From NCBI RefSeq assembly GCF_021869535.1, contig NW_026262701.1:17918001-17982000 (forward strand): a stretch of DNA of 64,000 nucleotides, in the 5' to 3' direction. Below the pieces are notes generated by a model. It saw only the letters and a list, made by a program, of their open reading frames with translations, was not told the DNA's origin and did not search any database. The first letter of the stretch is position 1, and each line of letters starts with the position of its first letter. This DNA is from Mytilus californianus. Taxonomy: Eukaryota. The position numbers were made by a program, and so were the translations under genes. This document shows positions 1 through 11,285 of this stretch, piece by piece.

Positions 1-1217
1 TTCTCAATTTGTTGATTGTATCTTGTTGTTCATTAATGATAGTATTTTATGTTGTTAAGGCTTATGTATCTTGTTCAATTTCTTCAATATATGGCTGAAC
101 TTTGGTCAGATACCATTTTCTAGACTTTGGATTTTATAGCTAGAAACACTTTTTCTAATACCATAGGAACTATTGCTTGAACAAACTGAGGGTTGTTTAT
201 GACTGCACATACCAAAGCTGAAGAAAGTCTTGCCCTGAGCGGATATCATTTTGGGTTGTGACCTTTGTGCGACTAGTAGCGAGTCTTGCAGAGTTTTTGC
301 TAATTTACCTACTTGTATTTATGAAGGGGAAATATAAGATGAACTAAATGAGAGATCACTTTTCAAAACTGTCTTAATTGGAGTATTGTTCATATTTGTT
401 TAAATGTTCTGTCCAGTTGTGTTCTTGAATTCTGATTAATATTTCTACAGCTACAATGAGCTACTACATATCTCAAATTAGATGATTACACCTTTTTTAC
501 ATATTTTTTTCTCGTTCAAAATGTCATGCCGCCATACCAACGACCGGTAACTCCTCCTTGTCAAACTGAGGAGTCAGCATGGCCGGAATCGTTAGCCAAC
601 ACCGTATAGAGGTTTTTTTTATATTTATAAATATACATACAAAACAAATTCATCCCTTGTTTTAGTATTTAGTTAAAAGGTATAGAAAATAGAGAAAAAA
701 GTCGGAATAAAAAATGATCAACAAAAACGATATTCTACTAATAAGCGTATTAACACGTCAAAATGATTCAGATCGTTCATCAATTCCTGATAGGAGTTTT
801 TGTGCCTAAATCACCTTTGGGCCTCATGCGATTCTTTTAGTTTTTATGTTTTACTTTGATTTGTATCTTTATAACATATTTATAAGATTTGAACATAGGT
901 TAACTTAATTGACTCTTATTTATGCAAAACTTCCAGTTGAGCAATACAACCTCCATGAAACCTCTATCTTTAAAATGATTTCCTGTCTAGCTAGAAAATT
1001 TAAAAAATCGTTTCATTAATCTCGCATCGCTTCTCTCTTTTCATCTCTTGGATATATCACATATGATTCAAATAAATTAATTCTAAACTTTCCTTTATTT
1101 CATATGAACAAACAATTATATTATGATTTTATAACGGCCCTTGAATTGCTTTAACTGCTATTGATGGTATTAAGTGTTCTTCAAAAGTATTATTGTTTTG
1201 TTGATAACGATCATAAA

Positions 1218-2360
1218 TTATCTGACTTGAGGATAGAATCGACCAATAAATAAAATGAGATCGGATTTGATATCTCTTACATAAAACAAAAACGGCCTGT
1301 TTGCCAAAAATTGTGGCGGGCTATTTCTTAGAAAAATTCCAAATCCTGTACCTGCAGCTCCCTCTACACCTGCTTCGTTCACGTTGAAGACAACCTTATG
1401 AACAGCAATCTTGACGTACACACCTTGTTTCTTCCCAGCAATAAGATTTGAAAAGTTTGCTTTAACTTCGTCGAAAATATCTGTTACTGCAAGTTTACGT
1501 AGTTCTTGTGTTAAATCAAAATCGGACTGTAGCTTAAATTTTGGAATAAAGATATCTAGTTGTTCTCTACTAAATCCAGATGAAATTTCCGATAGGAATT
1601 CCAATGATATCCTCGCTTCAATATTCTGGAGCTCGACTTTTTCGTGTGGTAAAATGAAGACCATATCAAAGTTTCCACCCTTGAATGGTAACGCTATAGC
1701 ATTGAAGTCAAAACCATGGAAATATAGAACATTTGATCTTATCAGCATCATGTCAACTTTAATCGTTTTGTTGTCAGGGAGCAGAAAGTTTTGTCTGCTA
1801 GTCAATTTGGGTGAAAATCGTCTCTTCCACGTGGCTTTAAAATAAATTGCATTTATTATCAACATTACAGTGGCTGAATTTAACCAGTCCTCTTTGATCA
1901 AATTCTTTATTTTGCCATCCGTCTCTTTTGATACCCATCTATTCATTACGAATGCAGCTGCCTTGGAGTTTGTAAAATCCTTCAAACTGATGTCGGCTCC
2001 AAAATATTGTTTTGCCTTCTTTCGGACATTTTGCAGTACTGTGTATCTTTTGTTTACGAATAATCTATTTGCACTAGCCAAACTAACATTACCTCCAGCT
2101 TTTCGAATAATATAGCTATTCAGTGACTTGTAATATTTCAACTTTTCCTCCTCTGAAAATAAAAGTTTTTGAAAAAGAGCAGATGATATCTGTTGTTTTG
2201 AACGTCCGCTTGTTCCAATCATTAACAACAGAAACGCCGCCGTGATGCTATATGGTGACATACATACACTTTCCGTCTTATTTAATTCTCGATACAAAGA
2301 TGTCGAGAATTCAATTAAACTTTGTTGATAGTCAACAGGAATTGCTGCCATCATAGCCAT
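1218..2360 (-). CDS. Serpin 1 (serine protease inhibitor), intronless CDS, 380 aa, no signal peptide
   Basis: ORF has serpin hallmarks (SPYSI, INAIYFKATW, IPKFKL, hinge EAGVEGAAGT, FLANRPFLF). The track starts at GTG 2363; the ATG at 2360 lies exactly 6 codons before IPVDYQQ, as do the ATGs of the two paralogues. Predicted P1-P1' is R-N. Confidence 0.95.
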   Translation of the reverse strand: MAMMAAIPVDYQQSLIEFSTSLYRELNKTESVCMSPYSITAAFLLLMIGTSGRSKQQISSALFQKLLFSEEEKLKYYKSLNSYIIRKAGGNVSLASANRLFVNKRYTVLQNVRKKAKQYFGADISLKDFTNSKAAAFVMNRWVSKETDGKIKNLIKEDWLNSATVMLIINAIYFKATWKRRFSPKLTSRQNFLLPDNKTIKVDMMLIRSNVLYFHGFDFNAIALPFKGGNFDMVFILPHEKVELQNIEARISLEFLSEISSGFSREQLDIFIPKFKLQSDFDLTQELRKLAVTDIFDEVKANFSNLIAGKKQGVYVKIAVHKVVFNVNEAGVEGAAGTGFGIFLRNSPPQFLANRPFLFYVRDIKSDLILFIGRFYPQVR

Positions 2361-2390
2361 CACCCAGTCCTGCTCAGTAGAAGATGCTAC

Positions 2391-2449
2391 ACTGAAATAA
2401 ATCTGACTGCAGGCACCACTTTATAAAGTAAGTGCAAAATAATGCAAAT
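2391..2449 (-). promoter_or_regulatory. Putative core promoter of serpin 1: TCAGT initiator, TATA box, octamer motif
   Basis: Minus-strand TCAGT at 2395-2391, TATAAA at 2425-2420 (32 nt upstream of the Inr A), ATGCAAAT at 2442-2449. The same arrangement occurs at serpins 2 and 3. Confidence 0.55.
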
Positions 2450-4071
2450 CTTATGTGATTATAAAATAAATATAAAAAAAACTAACATTAGTTTTGTGCT
2501 CAAATAGACAATTAGGCTAAACTTATTTACATAACCAACAGTTTCTTATTATCTGTTATGTATTTGATATGAAGTAGAAAATGTCATGTGGTTGTCATTT
2601 GACTATATGCGGAAACATATTATACTTAAGTGAACAGAATTAGGGTATTTGCATATAACAAATAGAAAAATATTCCGATTAATTTCCTGACCGTTTTTTT
2701 AAATATAAAGAATCACAGGTTGCAATTTAACAGATTTTTCTATTGCTTCTACTGAAGTGAAATATTCATGAATTATAGATGCGTTACAAATCTTAGTAGC
2801 ATTTTGTAATTTGAATATTTCTAAATAGCAACTTTTCGTCATTCTTAAGGGAATCAGCAGTATTCCTCTTCTTGCTGACTTGTTCTCTTTTATCATATTA
2901 AATGTTATTAACACAGTGGATTCTAAAGAAGAATAATAAGAAGCTAGAATTATCGTTAAGCTTTATCTTCCGCTATAAAGATGATGTTCTGTCACTTAGT
3001 AGTCTTTTGAACAGATATATCACATTGAGTTTTAAACTTTTAAATAGCAAATACAGTTAAGTCTTATAACGGAATTCATAGTATATAAGGATTCAATTGG
3101 GACTATATACCACTATGTTTGCAATGTAACCAACATTACACAATGACCAAGATATCAGAGAAGAAGTTTTTGTTTACACTGGTCAATCATAATAAAACAA
3201 TTTCTGTCTATGATGATAATCGGATAAATAGACATTTGCGGAAACTGTCATACACCTGCGATTAGGATTACAATAACACTTACAGATAGCATTTAAATCT
3301 TGGGTCGTTTCAAAGTGTAAATATAAATCGTCGTTCCAAATCATAGACTAACTCCTATGATGTTTTCTATAGTTAAACAACGGGTTTTTTAAGAAATATC
3401 TGTAAAAAATGGCTTCTTGGCAGCTTGAGGTTGGTCAATCTCCTGCTCTTTTGATGCCTCCTCCTCTGGATTTTGCTGCAACTGGATCGCATACGATATA
3501 ATAATGATCCCACGGTGAAATTTTCTTGAAAAATTGTACTACAGAGTGCACTTATGCCGGTGTTCATGTCAACACAAAGTTAATACGCAAGAATATTCCG
3601 ATGATTAGAAGGGATAAAAGGTGCAAATGGATATCAGGTGAGAAGAAGTTGTTAAAAAATTCAAACACTAATTAAGTCGGTTCGGGGGCAGTTACGACTA
3701 CAAAAGTGTAATCGTGTAAAAGATGGATGAGCGGACGAACTTTAATTGCTATATATTATCCGCTTTTGTAAAGCGGAGGAGTTATTAATACGTTAAAATG
3801 AATAAATGAATATATAAATTGTATTTCGTGCAGTTATTTCATTTCCCCTCTTTATAGATAAAGAACACAGATTAACGGCAGCATTAACTGCCTTGATGCA
3901 GACTCCGCCAGATTTTATGCATTTCATCTATCATCTGAATCTAACCCTGGTAGTCCTAGCTAGACCACCGCCAAACCATTTTTTTTACAATCAAGGAAAG
4001 AATTATAGGTAATGTTGTACACTTTTGGAATGGGAGAGATGTGTTCGCTTCTTTTGAAACCAAACGACATT

Positions 4072-4730
4072 CCTTTTACAGGTGAAACTCCTGAAACGTT
4101 ACTTCAAATTGTAGCCGATTCTAATAGTCTCTTCAGAGAGAGAACCGATCGAAACCATAAGCTTTCCGCGAGAAACAGAATTCTTCTTTTATATTATGGT
4201 TATCACCGTACCCGTCTTATCATATACTTTCTTATATAATTGACGTTAGCGTTTCGACTATCAAAGATGGAATACATACATGTATACCTATTTAAAAAAC
4301 ATAATACTGTCTTATTTATTGACCTTCTTTGGATGATTGGCAGAACTTACAAGGTGGTGGTAAAAACTTCCGTTGGATATCGACTAAGATCCGAAATTTA
4401 GCAGCCGATAAGAGAACCACAGGAACAGTATTTCTCAGGACAAAGACATTGCCACTGCATTCACATTCAAGTTGTGATATCGATCGAGGACAGGATATGT
4501 TATGTTGCGTAAAGATTTCTCTGTCATCAGCAATGTATGTTGATGAGAAATATAGGACAAGAACTACCTTTTCCAACTGAGCTGTGTTTGCTAGGCGATA
4601 AATATATCTGAACAGACACCAAATATTTACACCTTATACAAAACAAACCCCAGAATATGCAGAGGAAGTATAGAAAATTAAAAAGACATATTACACACTA
4701 TAGAGTAGAGGTTGAACACGCCATCGTATA
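4072..4730 (+). mobile_element. Decayed PIF/Harbinger-ISL2EU-like DDE transposase gene
   Basis: Frame-hopping translation gives TGETPETL...LSARNRILL...DVSVSTI (HTH-like), QEQYFSGQRHCHCIHIQVVI, LCLLGDK, FTPY and YRVEVEHAI. These match the DDE_Tnp_4-type motif order. Multiple stops and frameshifts are present. Confidence 0.7.
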
Positions 4731-6514
4731 AAAAAATACAAAGTTAGTGGACTTTGTGGCGATAAAAATCTGTTGTGACCATAAGCGGTGAATTTGTGTG
4801 TCGTCGAAAGGACTTATTTTTTACATAATAAAAAAAAATCGTTTAGTTTTATTATGTATTTCGATTTTTTTTTTTTTTATTTTGAGATGACCCCTTTTTT
4901 TTCGTCGACTGTAATTGTAAATCTAAAGTGTAATCCTAGGTATATACCTAGTTTCCGCAAATGTCTAATAGGGATCATATGTACAAATTCTTCCATACAT
5001 CTTTATCATTTTTGGTTAAAATTGGCTAAATATTCAAGAAAACATAATGGCATCGTTAATATTTCAAATCCATCTCGCTTTTATTTATGCCCACATGACA
5101 ATGACATTACTTTGTTTGAAGCACAAATAGGAATGCTTAAGACGGAAAACAAAACATGTATAATTTGTTGTCATGCGTTACCCTAGAACGATTTTAAATG
5201 TGTTAACGTTTCAGATAAACTAACTTAATGTTAAAATTACACTACAAAGCTAGCATAATTATTTTACCTACTATACTATTTATTGCCGATAGAATAGGGC
5301 ACAAAATGTTGACCATCGCCATTTTGTTATTCTTAATTGTACCTATATCATCCAATAACTATGTATCTGCATTCAAACTCTTAAAACAAAAACACTAATA
5401 GTGCATTTGGTTAGGTGAGTGTTTGGTTTTGCGATTGTAAAAAACAAATCAGCTTTGTCCTTTGTAAATCGTAAACAAGATTTTATAGTGTATATGATGC
5501 ACATTATTTCAATTTCTATATTATGACATAGTAGTGCTTTCCCTCTGTAGAATACCCAAAACATGAACATCATTATATTATTATTTATCCTAAAAATCTC
5601 TTTCTGCGTTTGAATATTTAAATGTTAACATGAGTTGATGGATGAAACACTTTACTCACTTGCGCTATATATCAGTAGATGTTTTCCGTATAAATGCATG
5701 TTATCTGAATACTGATTTCCTAGTTCATTCGTTTAGTCTTGAGTTTTTCAACCAAAAATTATGATATATATTTTTATATTGATTCATATGTATTCGTCAA
5801 CCAATAAACCTGTCTCCGCTGTTTTACATGTAAACTGTTGAAAATCAGGTGTTCGATTTATCTAGTCTAAGATGGATTTCATCATGTATTTATTTGTCCA
5901 GAATAAAAGGTTGGCGTGACATATTTTCATAGACGTAAACACTATATGGCAGAACTTTCCAGGCCTTTCATAATATCCGAAATGAATATTCGTGTACACT
6001 GTTGGAAAATATCAATATATGAAGAAAAGAATCCTAATTAGTGTACAGTTGCAATGGTACAATGTATTGTAACTCATGCTTTCGTTTTGGTTTAGTTTCA
6101 TCGTATGTACACACAAAATATTTAAATCAGTTACATGTTGTGCTCTATGTTTAATTTACACTAGCAGTTATATACGTTATAGATAATGCATACTTTAAGG
6201 TTTTTCTTGTCGTAGAACACCCCGAGGTGTGTTCTACGACAAGAAAAACCTTAAAATATGCATTATCTGACTTATATACCGTCGAAAACAATTCTGTTTA
6301 TTACAATTTTGCAGAAATTTCTATCCTATTTTACCGATCATTAAAGTGGGAGATTCTGCTCAAATTAGTTTGGTTATAACCACGCCTAACATTTAAATTA
6401 TAATGTATATGCAAATAAGGTGAAAATAATTCACTAAAATAAAACTCACTAATTAAGATATAAAAATGTGTAATCATTGTCCAGTTATATTAAAAGAAAA
6501 TCCACATAACGACC

Positions 6515-9327
6515 ATGGATGGTATAGATTTGTTAGAGTGGGACCCGATTTTTCTTACGCAAAGTTCGTATTCTCTAGTAAGTGAAGAAAAAGAAAGTGA
6601 TATTCTAAGTTATTTTGATTTAAGACCAAGTGGTAATGATTTGGAAATTACTAGTATAAGTCGTCAATTTAGACACGGTCAACCAGAGACAGCAAAATCC
6701 CTTCAAAACAAGATTGAGGAATCGGTGCCGAAAAATTCAGTCAAAAAATATAAATGGGGTTATAATGCTTTCAATAGTTGGCAAGCCGAGCGCCGTTTAC
6801 GTCCGATATCAGATAATTTAGGAATTCCTCCGAATTGTTTGCAAAAGGATTTGGTACACATGGACAAAACAGAACTGTCGACTTCGTTACAATATTTCAT
6901 TGCAGAGGCCAAAAAAAAGACGGAGGTAAATGTCCGTCCAACAGTATTTATGACCTGTTTTCCTCAATACAGGGATATTATCGTCATCAGAAATCATCTA
7001 GTATAAACTTCTTCATGGATCCCGAATTTCTTCGAGCTAGACAAGTGTTAGATGCTGTCATGAAAGAAAGGGCCACTGAAGGTCTCGGTGCAAATACGCG
7101 CAAGCAGGCTGATGTGATATCGGTAGATGAAGAAGCGTCATTATATGATAAGGGTATCCTTGGCGTGGATAATCCCCAACAACTTCTAGACACGTTGCTT
7201 TATTTGTGTGGTTTGCATTTTGTATTAAGGGGAGGCACTGAACACCGACAGCTCAGACTTAATTCTAATCCGCAAATAACTGGTCCGTTTCAAGATAAGG
7301 ATGCTAAATTAAGATACCTGTTGTACAAAGAGGATGTTTCAAAAGCTAACGCAGGTGGCCTTAAGCACAGAAAAGTTGTTCCAAAATGTGTCCGAGCATT
7401 TGAAAACCCAGAAAACAGAAATAGATGTATTGTTACAGTATTTGAAAAGTGCAAGTCACTTTGGTAAGTAGCTTATTATTTATAAATAACTTTATAAAAT
7501 TGGGGGGGGGGGGGGGGGGGGGGCTTATAGTTAACGCTTTTCAACACTTACAAAAAAAACGACTAATGGTATTCCTTGTACGTTAAGATGACAATAGAAG
7601 AGGGGCGAAAGATACCAAAGGGACATTCAAACTCATAGATCGAAAAAAAATGACAACGCCAGTGGTATCCCCTCCTCCAAATTTAAAAGATGAAGCCCTC
7701 TCTGTACCGATTTCCTTATAAAGGTAAAGAACATGAGAAAATATGAAAATTGAATGGTGTAAAGAATATACAAACAATTAATAAAACTTTAAAAAAAACC
7801 AAAGGCAGCAGAAAAATATGAAAATCGTCTAATGTACATGTAACACATGAAAACAAATCATGAACACAAAACAGACATCCAAAGGTTGAATTAAATTTTC
7901 CAATACGAATCCACAGGATTTAATACTGTTTTATTTAATATATTGATTGTTGGTTGCTTAACGTCCAGTGGCAAATATTTCATGCATATTCAGGACGATT
8001 CTTTAATATATCTTCTCATCATGCTTCAATGAATATGATAAAATCTGAAATATTTGTTGATCTAATCTAACGTAATTTCCTTTTACAGCTAATTTCCTAA
8101 TGCATGCAGGGTAAGACTTTGGTTAGCTTGCTTGCTTTGTTTGTATATTGACAATTGTAATTGGGATAACTTTCAATCAAATTTAAATATAATATATACT
8201 TGTTTAATAATGCCTGTTTATATTGTTTGCAGATGTCAATCTTAAATACAATGCTTCAGCTTACGTTTATACAAACAAAGCAAGTAAGCCAGCCAAAGTT
8301 TTACTCCACAAGCATTAGGAAATTAGCTGTAATTTACCTATAATAATTAAAATCATCTTTACATTATTACATTATGTGTGTTTGAAGTAAAATTTTACAA
8401 AGCGTTTTCTTTTATTTAAGTCCAACAAATGGCGGAAAGGATTGTTTTTACCTTACACCTTTAAAACATATCAAAGATGGACAATGGTATAGCAAAACTC
8501 CTATTGGACACAACACTTTACAAGGCACTGTGAAACGGTTGTTCACAAGTATTGGACTGACTGGAAAACGTACAAACCATAGCCTCCGAGCCTCAGCAGC
8601 AACACGTCTTTATAATGCTGGCATAGAAGAACAACGTGTGGCCGAAACAACAGGTAATATAATAGTAAAATGAAACATTATAATTTCTAGTCTTTTATTT
8701 TTAATATTCTTATTTAGCCCACACAAAATGGCATGAAAAAAAAAACAAACACGAAGGTATTCCTTGTCTGCATGACATTACCCAATAACTGTTCTTTTTC
8801 ACAGTTTTTTTTCCAATTGCTTTAATAGAGAACTGATGATTGTAAGAAACATGTATAATTATCTTTGTACAGAGACTTCAGGAAACTTATCATTAAGATA
8901 AATGATTGTATCTGTCACGATCACGATATTTTGGGTAATCAGATTTACCATAAATCGTCCGCTCGTCTGTTTGTCCGTCATGCTTCAGTTACTGCTAAAA
9001 TTTTGAGTTTTATTCCTTTTATTGTGATGTTGAATATGCAGTTCAATAAAAATAAAAAGTGCTAACGTAAACGCAAAAATAATTAAGCTATGTATTGCAG
9101 GTCATCGTAGTAATGCAGTAAGAGTTTACAAAAGGACTTCTGCCGATCAACAAATAGAGGTATCGAACATCTTGTATGGATTAAGAAAGTCAGATGAAAG
9201 TAAGAAGGCAAAACCACCAGCAGCTGCTGGTGCACCAGTTGGTAGTGCCTCGGTTGAATGTTCAACAAACGAGAGTGACAAAAAAAAAACTGTGACTTGC
9301 AACTTTTCTTTCAATTTTTCGTTATGA
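6515..9327 (+). CDS. Crypton tyrosine recombinase; exons 6515-7463, 8421-8653, 9101-9327; one -1 frameshift at A8 6911-6918; 469 aa if corrected
   Basis: GT-AG introns with matching phases (TG|T = Cys, G|GT = Gly). Catalytic motifs: LRGGTEHR (R), EDVSKAN (K), NHSLRAS (HxxR), GHRS (H), VRVYKR (Y at 9127-9129). Exons 2 and 3 have no stops. Confidence 0.85.
8086..8329. mobile_element. Tc1/mariner-type MITE nested in Crypton intron 1
   Basis: About 60-bp imperfect TIRs (8086-8147 / 8268-8329), CAG...CTG termini, TA on both sides (8084-8085, 8330-8331). Confidence 0.7.
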
Positions 9328-10310
9328 TTAATTCATGTAAAATAAAATGAATAAAATCTGTTAACAAACAGTTAAAGTAGTTTTTCAATCAGGATAAAAT
9401 AATGACCTGACACAGGTCATTATTTTATGCCTTGGAGCACATTTCATTGAAAAATGGTATCGTCCGGGTTGATTCTGAAAAAGAATGACCTATCGTTCTG
9501 AAAGAAAATAACTCCATATAGGTATATAAATGTAAATGAGTCCGCAGCAATTCGAAATTGTATTTCATAGCTTTATGTTATCAGCTACCATTCAAATTGT
9601 CAGGATGTATCCGTACTATTTGACCTTCAATAATTTAAATGGTAGCTCAAAACATAAAGCTATGAAACACAGATGCATTCCTTATGGTCTAAATAAGATT
9701 TAGAATGAAAATATTATATTTTCAGTAACATAAAAACTTTCAAATATAATTCTACTTATTCCTCATTTGACGTCATTTGTTGTTTTCTTTGATTCACCAA
9801 TTAAAGATAAGTTGACAGTTTTTCAACGTATATTTTGTAATTTGCACAATACTTGTAATATTAGCAGGTTTTTTTTCAACAGGCAATTGAAATAAATCAA
9901 ACTTGGAACCACCTGTGCTTCTCTGCTTACCGACTTGTTCCAATACTCTTATGAAGCAGATGTCGTACAGGATCTTCTCACGAAACATTAAAATAAACTT
10001 GCGTCATTCCAAAGGCTTACGTTCTGCTGTGTAGAAAAGTATTAACAAAAATACCAAACTAAAAGGTAAATTAAAAAAAGGAAAAGTCTATAAAAACTGA
10101 CATAACCAAACAACAGACTTTATCAACCAACGGAACGAACGAAAAACAACTGTCATATTCCTGACATAACGTTCCTTCACTAAATTATTCAAAGTTTGTT
10201 GTTTCTTCAACAATACCCGGTATAAAAATGTCAAAAACAGGATTAGAAAAATTAACTTGTATCTAAAGATCTAAGACCGCGAAAAACATGTCGCTAGTGA
10301 GTTAAAACAA

Positions 10311-10636
10311 CGACACATCGTATCGGTCAACAAATTCGTGATGGTGACCTTTAACGTATGTAGTGGTAAATTCAATCGTTCTTCCTCCTTCTTCTGCTGC
10401 AGCAAGTATTGGGTAAGAAGCACATCCCCTGTTACGTTCTTATTAAGTGAACATGTCCCAGCGTAACGTATTAACTGTGATATCCAATTACCGTACGATG
10501 AAGTAGAAAATACGTTACTGCTGAGAAATTGGAAGTTGACAATTAGAAAGTTGAAATCATCACGTTTGTCATAGATTCTAGTTTGAAGTCGTCCATCTGT
10601 GTCAATATCGATGAAACGATCAAGATATGGAGCAGA
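10311..10636 (-). mobile_element. Penelope-like retroelement RT C-terminal fragment
   Basis: Minus-strand translation SAPYLDRFIDIDTDGRLQTRIYDKRDDFNFLIVNFQFLSSN...SYGNWISQLIRY, then a frameshift to GHHHEFVDRYDVS. Confidence 0.75.
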
Positions 10637-10939
10637 CCTTCTACGACTGAAATCAACACTGCATACGTTTTCGCGAGCTTAGATATTTAAATACCAGTGT
10701 TTTAAACGTCTGATTTAATCGATTGTGTCTTATGCCCGATTGTGACATTTTTAGTGCGAATTCGCATGGCTTGTGATGCATGCAACACAGGAGACGGTTA
10801 ACTCAGTCTCGCTCCTCTTTGAATTCATGCAAATTCCTGCGCTTTTATTAGTTACCTTGATTTGTCTCTTTTTACTCAATTTGCGAAGTTTAAATATCAG
10901 TTAACATCTGTAGTTTTAATTGTATCTACCTGTAAAAAT

Positions 10940-11285
10940 TTCACTTCAATCGTTTGTTCCAATATAAGTTCGAATCGTCGTAACCACAGTCCTTTCCCCC
11001 GAATGTGACGTACCGAATTAGACTTGTCACTGGGTTTGTACTTACATGAGCAACATAAGGGTGCCACATATGGAGCAGGATCTGCTAACCCTTTTGGAGC
11101 ACCTGAGATCTCCCCCGATATTTGTTAGGGTTCGTGTTGCTCAGCCTTTACTTTTCTATGTTCTGTTTTGTGTACTGTTACAGCTGTTCGTCTTTTGGTC
11201 ATTTTGTTTTTTGCCAAGGCGTTGTCAAAAATATGAGAATATGAGTTCGAATTCCCTTTGGTATCTTTCGCCTCTTTTTTGCATT
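10940..11285 (+). repeat. 3' region of a Penelope-like repeat family (further copies near 17030-17190 and 52558-52750)
   Basis: Shared motif GGGTGCC...GGAGCAGGATCTGCTAACCC...GGAGCACCTGAGATC. A related sequence follows the Penelope RT remnant at 39160-39910. Confidence 0.6.

Larger units (their letters stand above)
6176..9531 (+). mobile_element. Crypton-like (tyrosine recombinase/DUF3504) DNA transposon, apparently full length
   Basis: Contains a spliced YR gene. Left hairpin has 40-bp arms (6181-6220 / 6229-6268); right hairpin has 16-bp arms (9394-9409 / 9413-9428). Ends were inferred from where similarity to the second element at 33841-35626 stops. Confidence 0.8.

Noticed and set aside
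1-260. Minus-strand coiled-coil-like peptide (FVQAIVPMV...VQPYIEEIEQ), possible LINE ORF1 remnant
   Set aside because: Several stops, cut by the window edge, and no diagnostic motif.
1411-2115. Plus-strand ORFs antisense to the serpins (also 37822-38517, 44011-44896)
   Set aside because: Shadow ORFs of the serpin coding strand with no independent features.
7502-7523. Long G/C homopolymers (also about 47574-47590 and 47883-47903) as functional G-quadruplexes
   Set aside because: Simple homopolymer runs with unreliable length and no supporting context.
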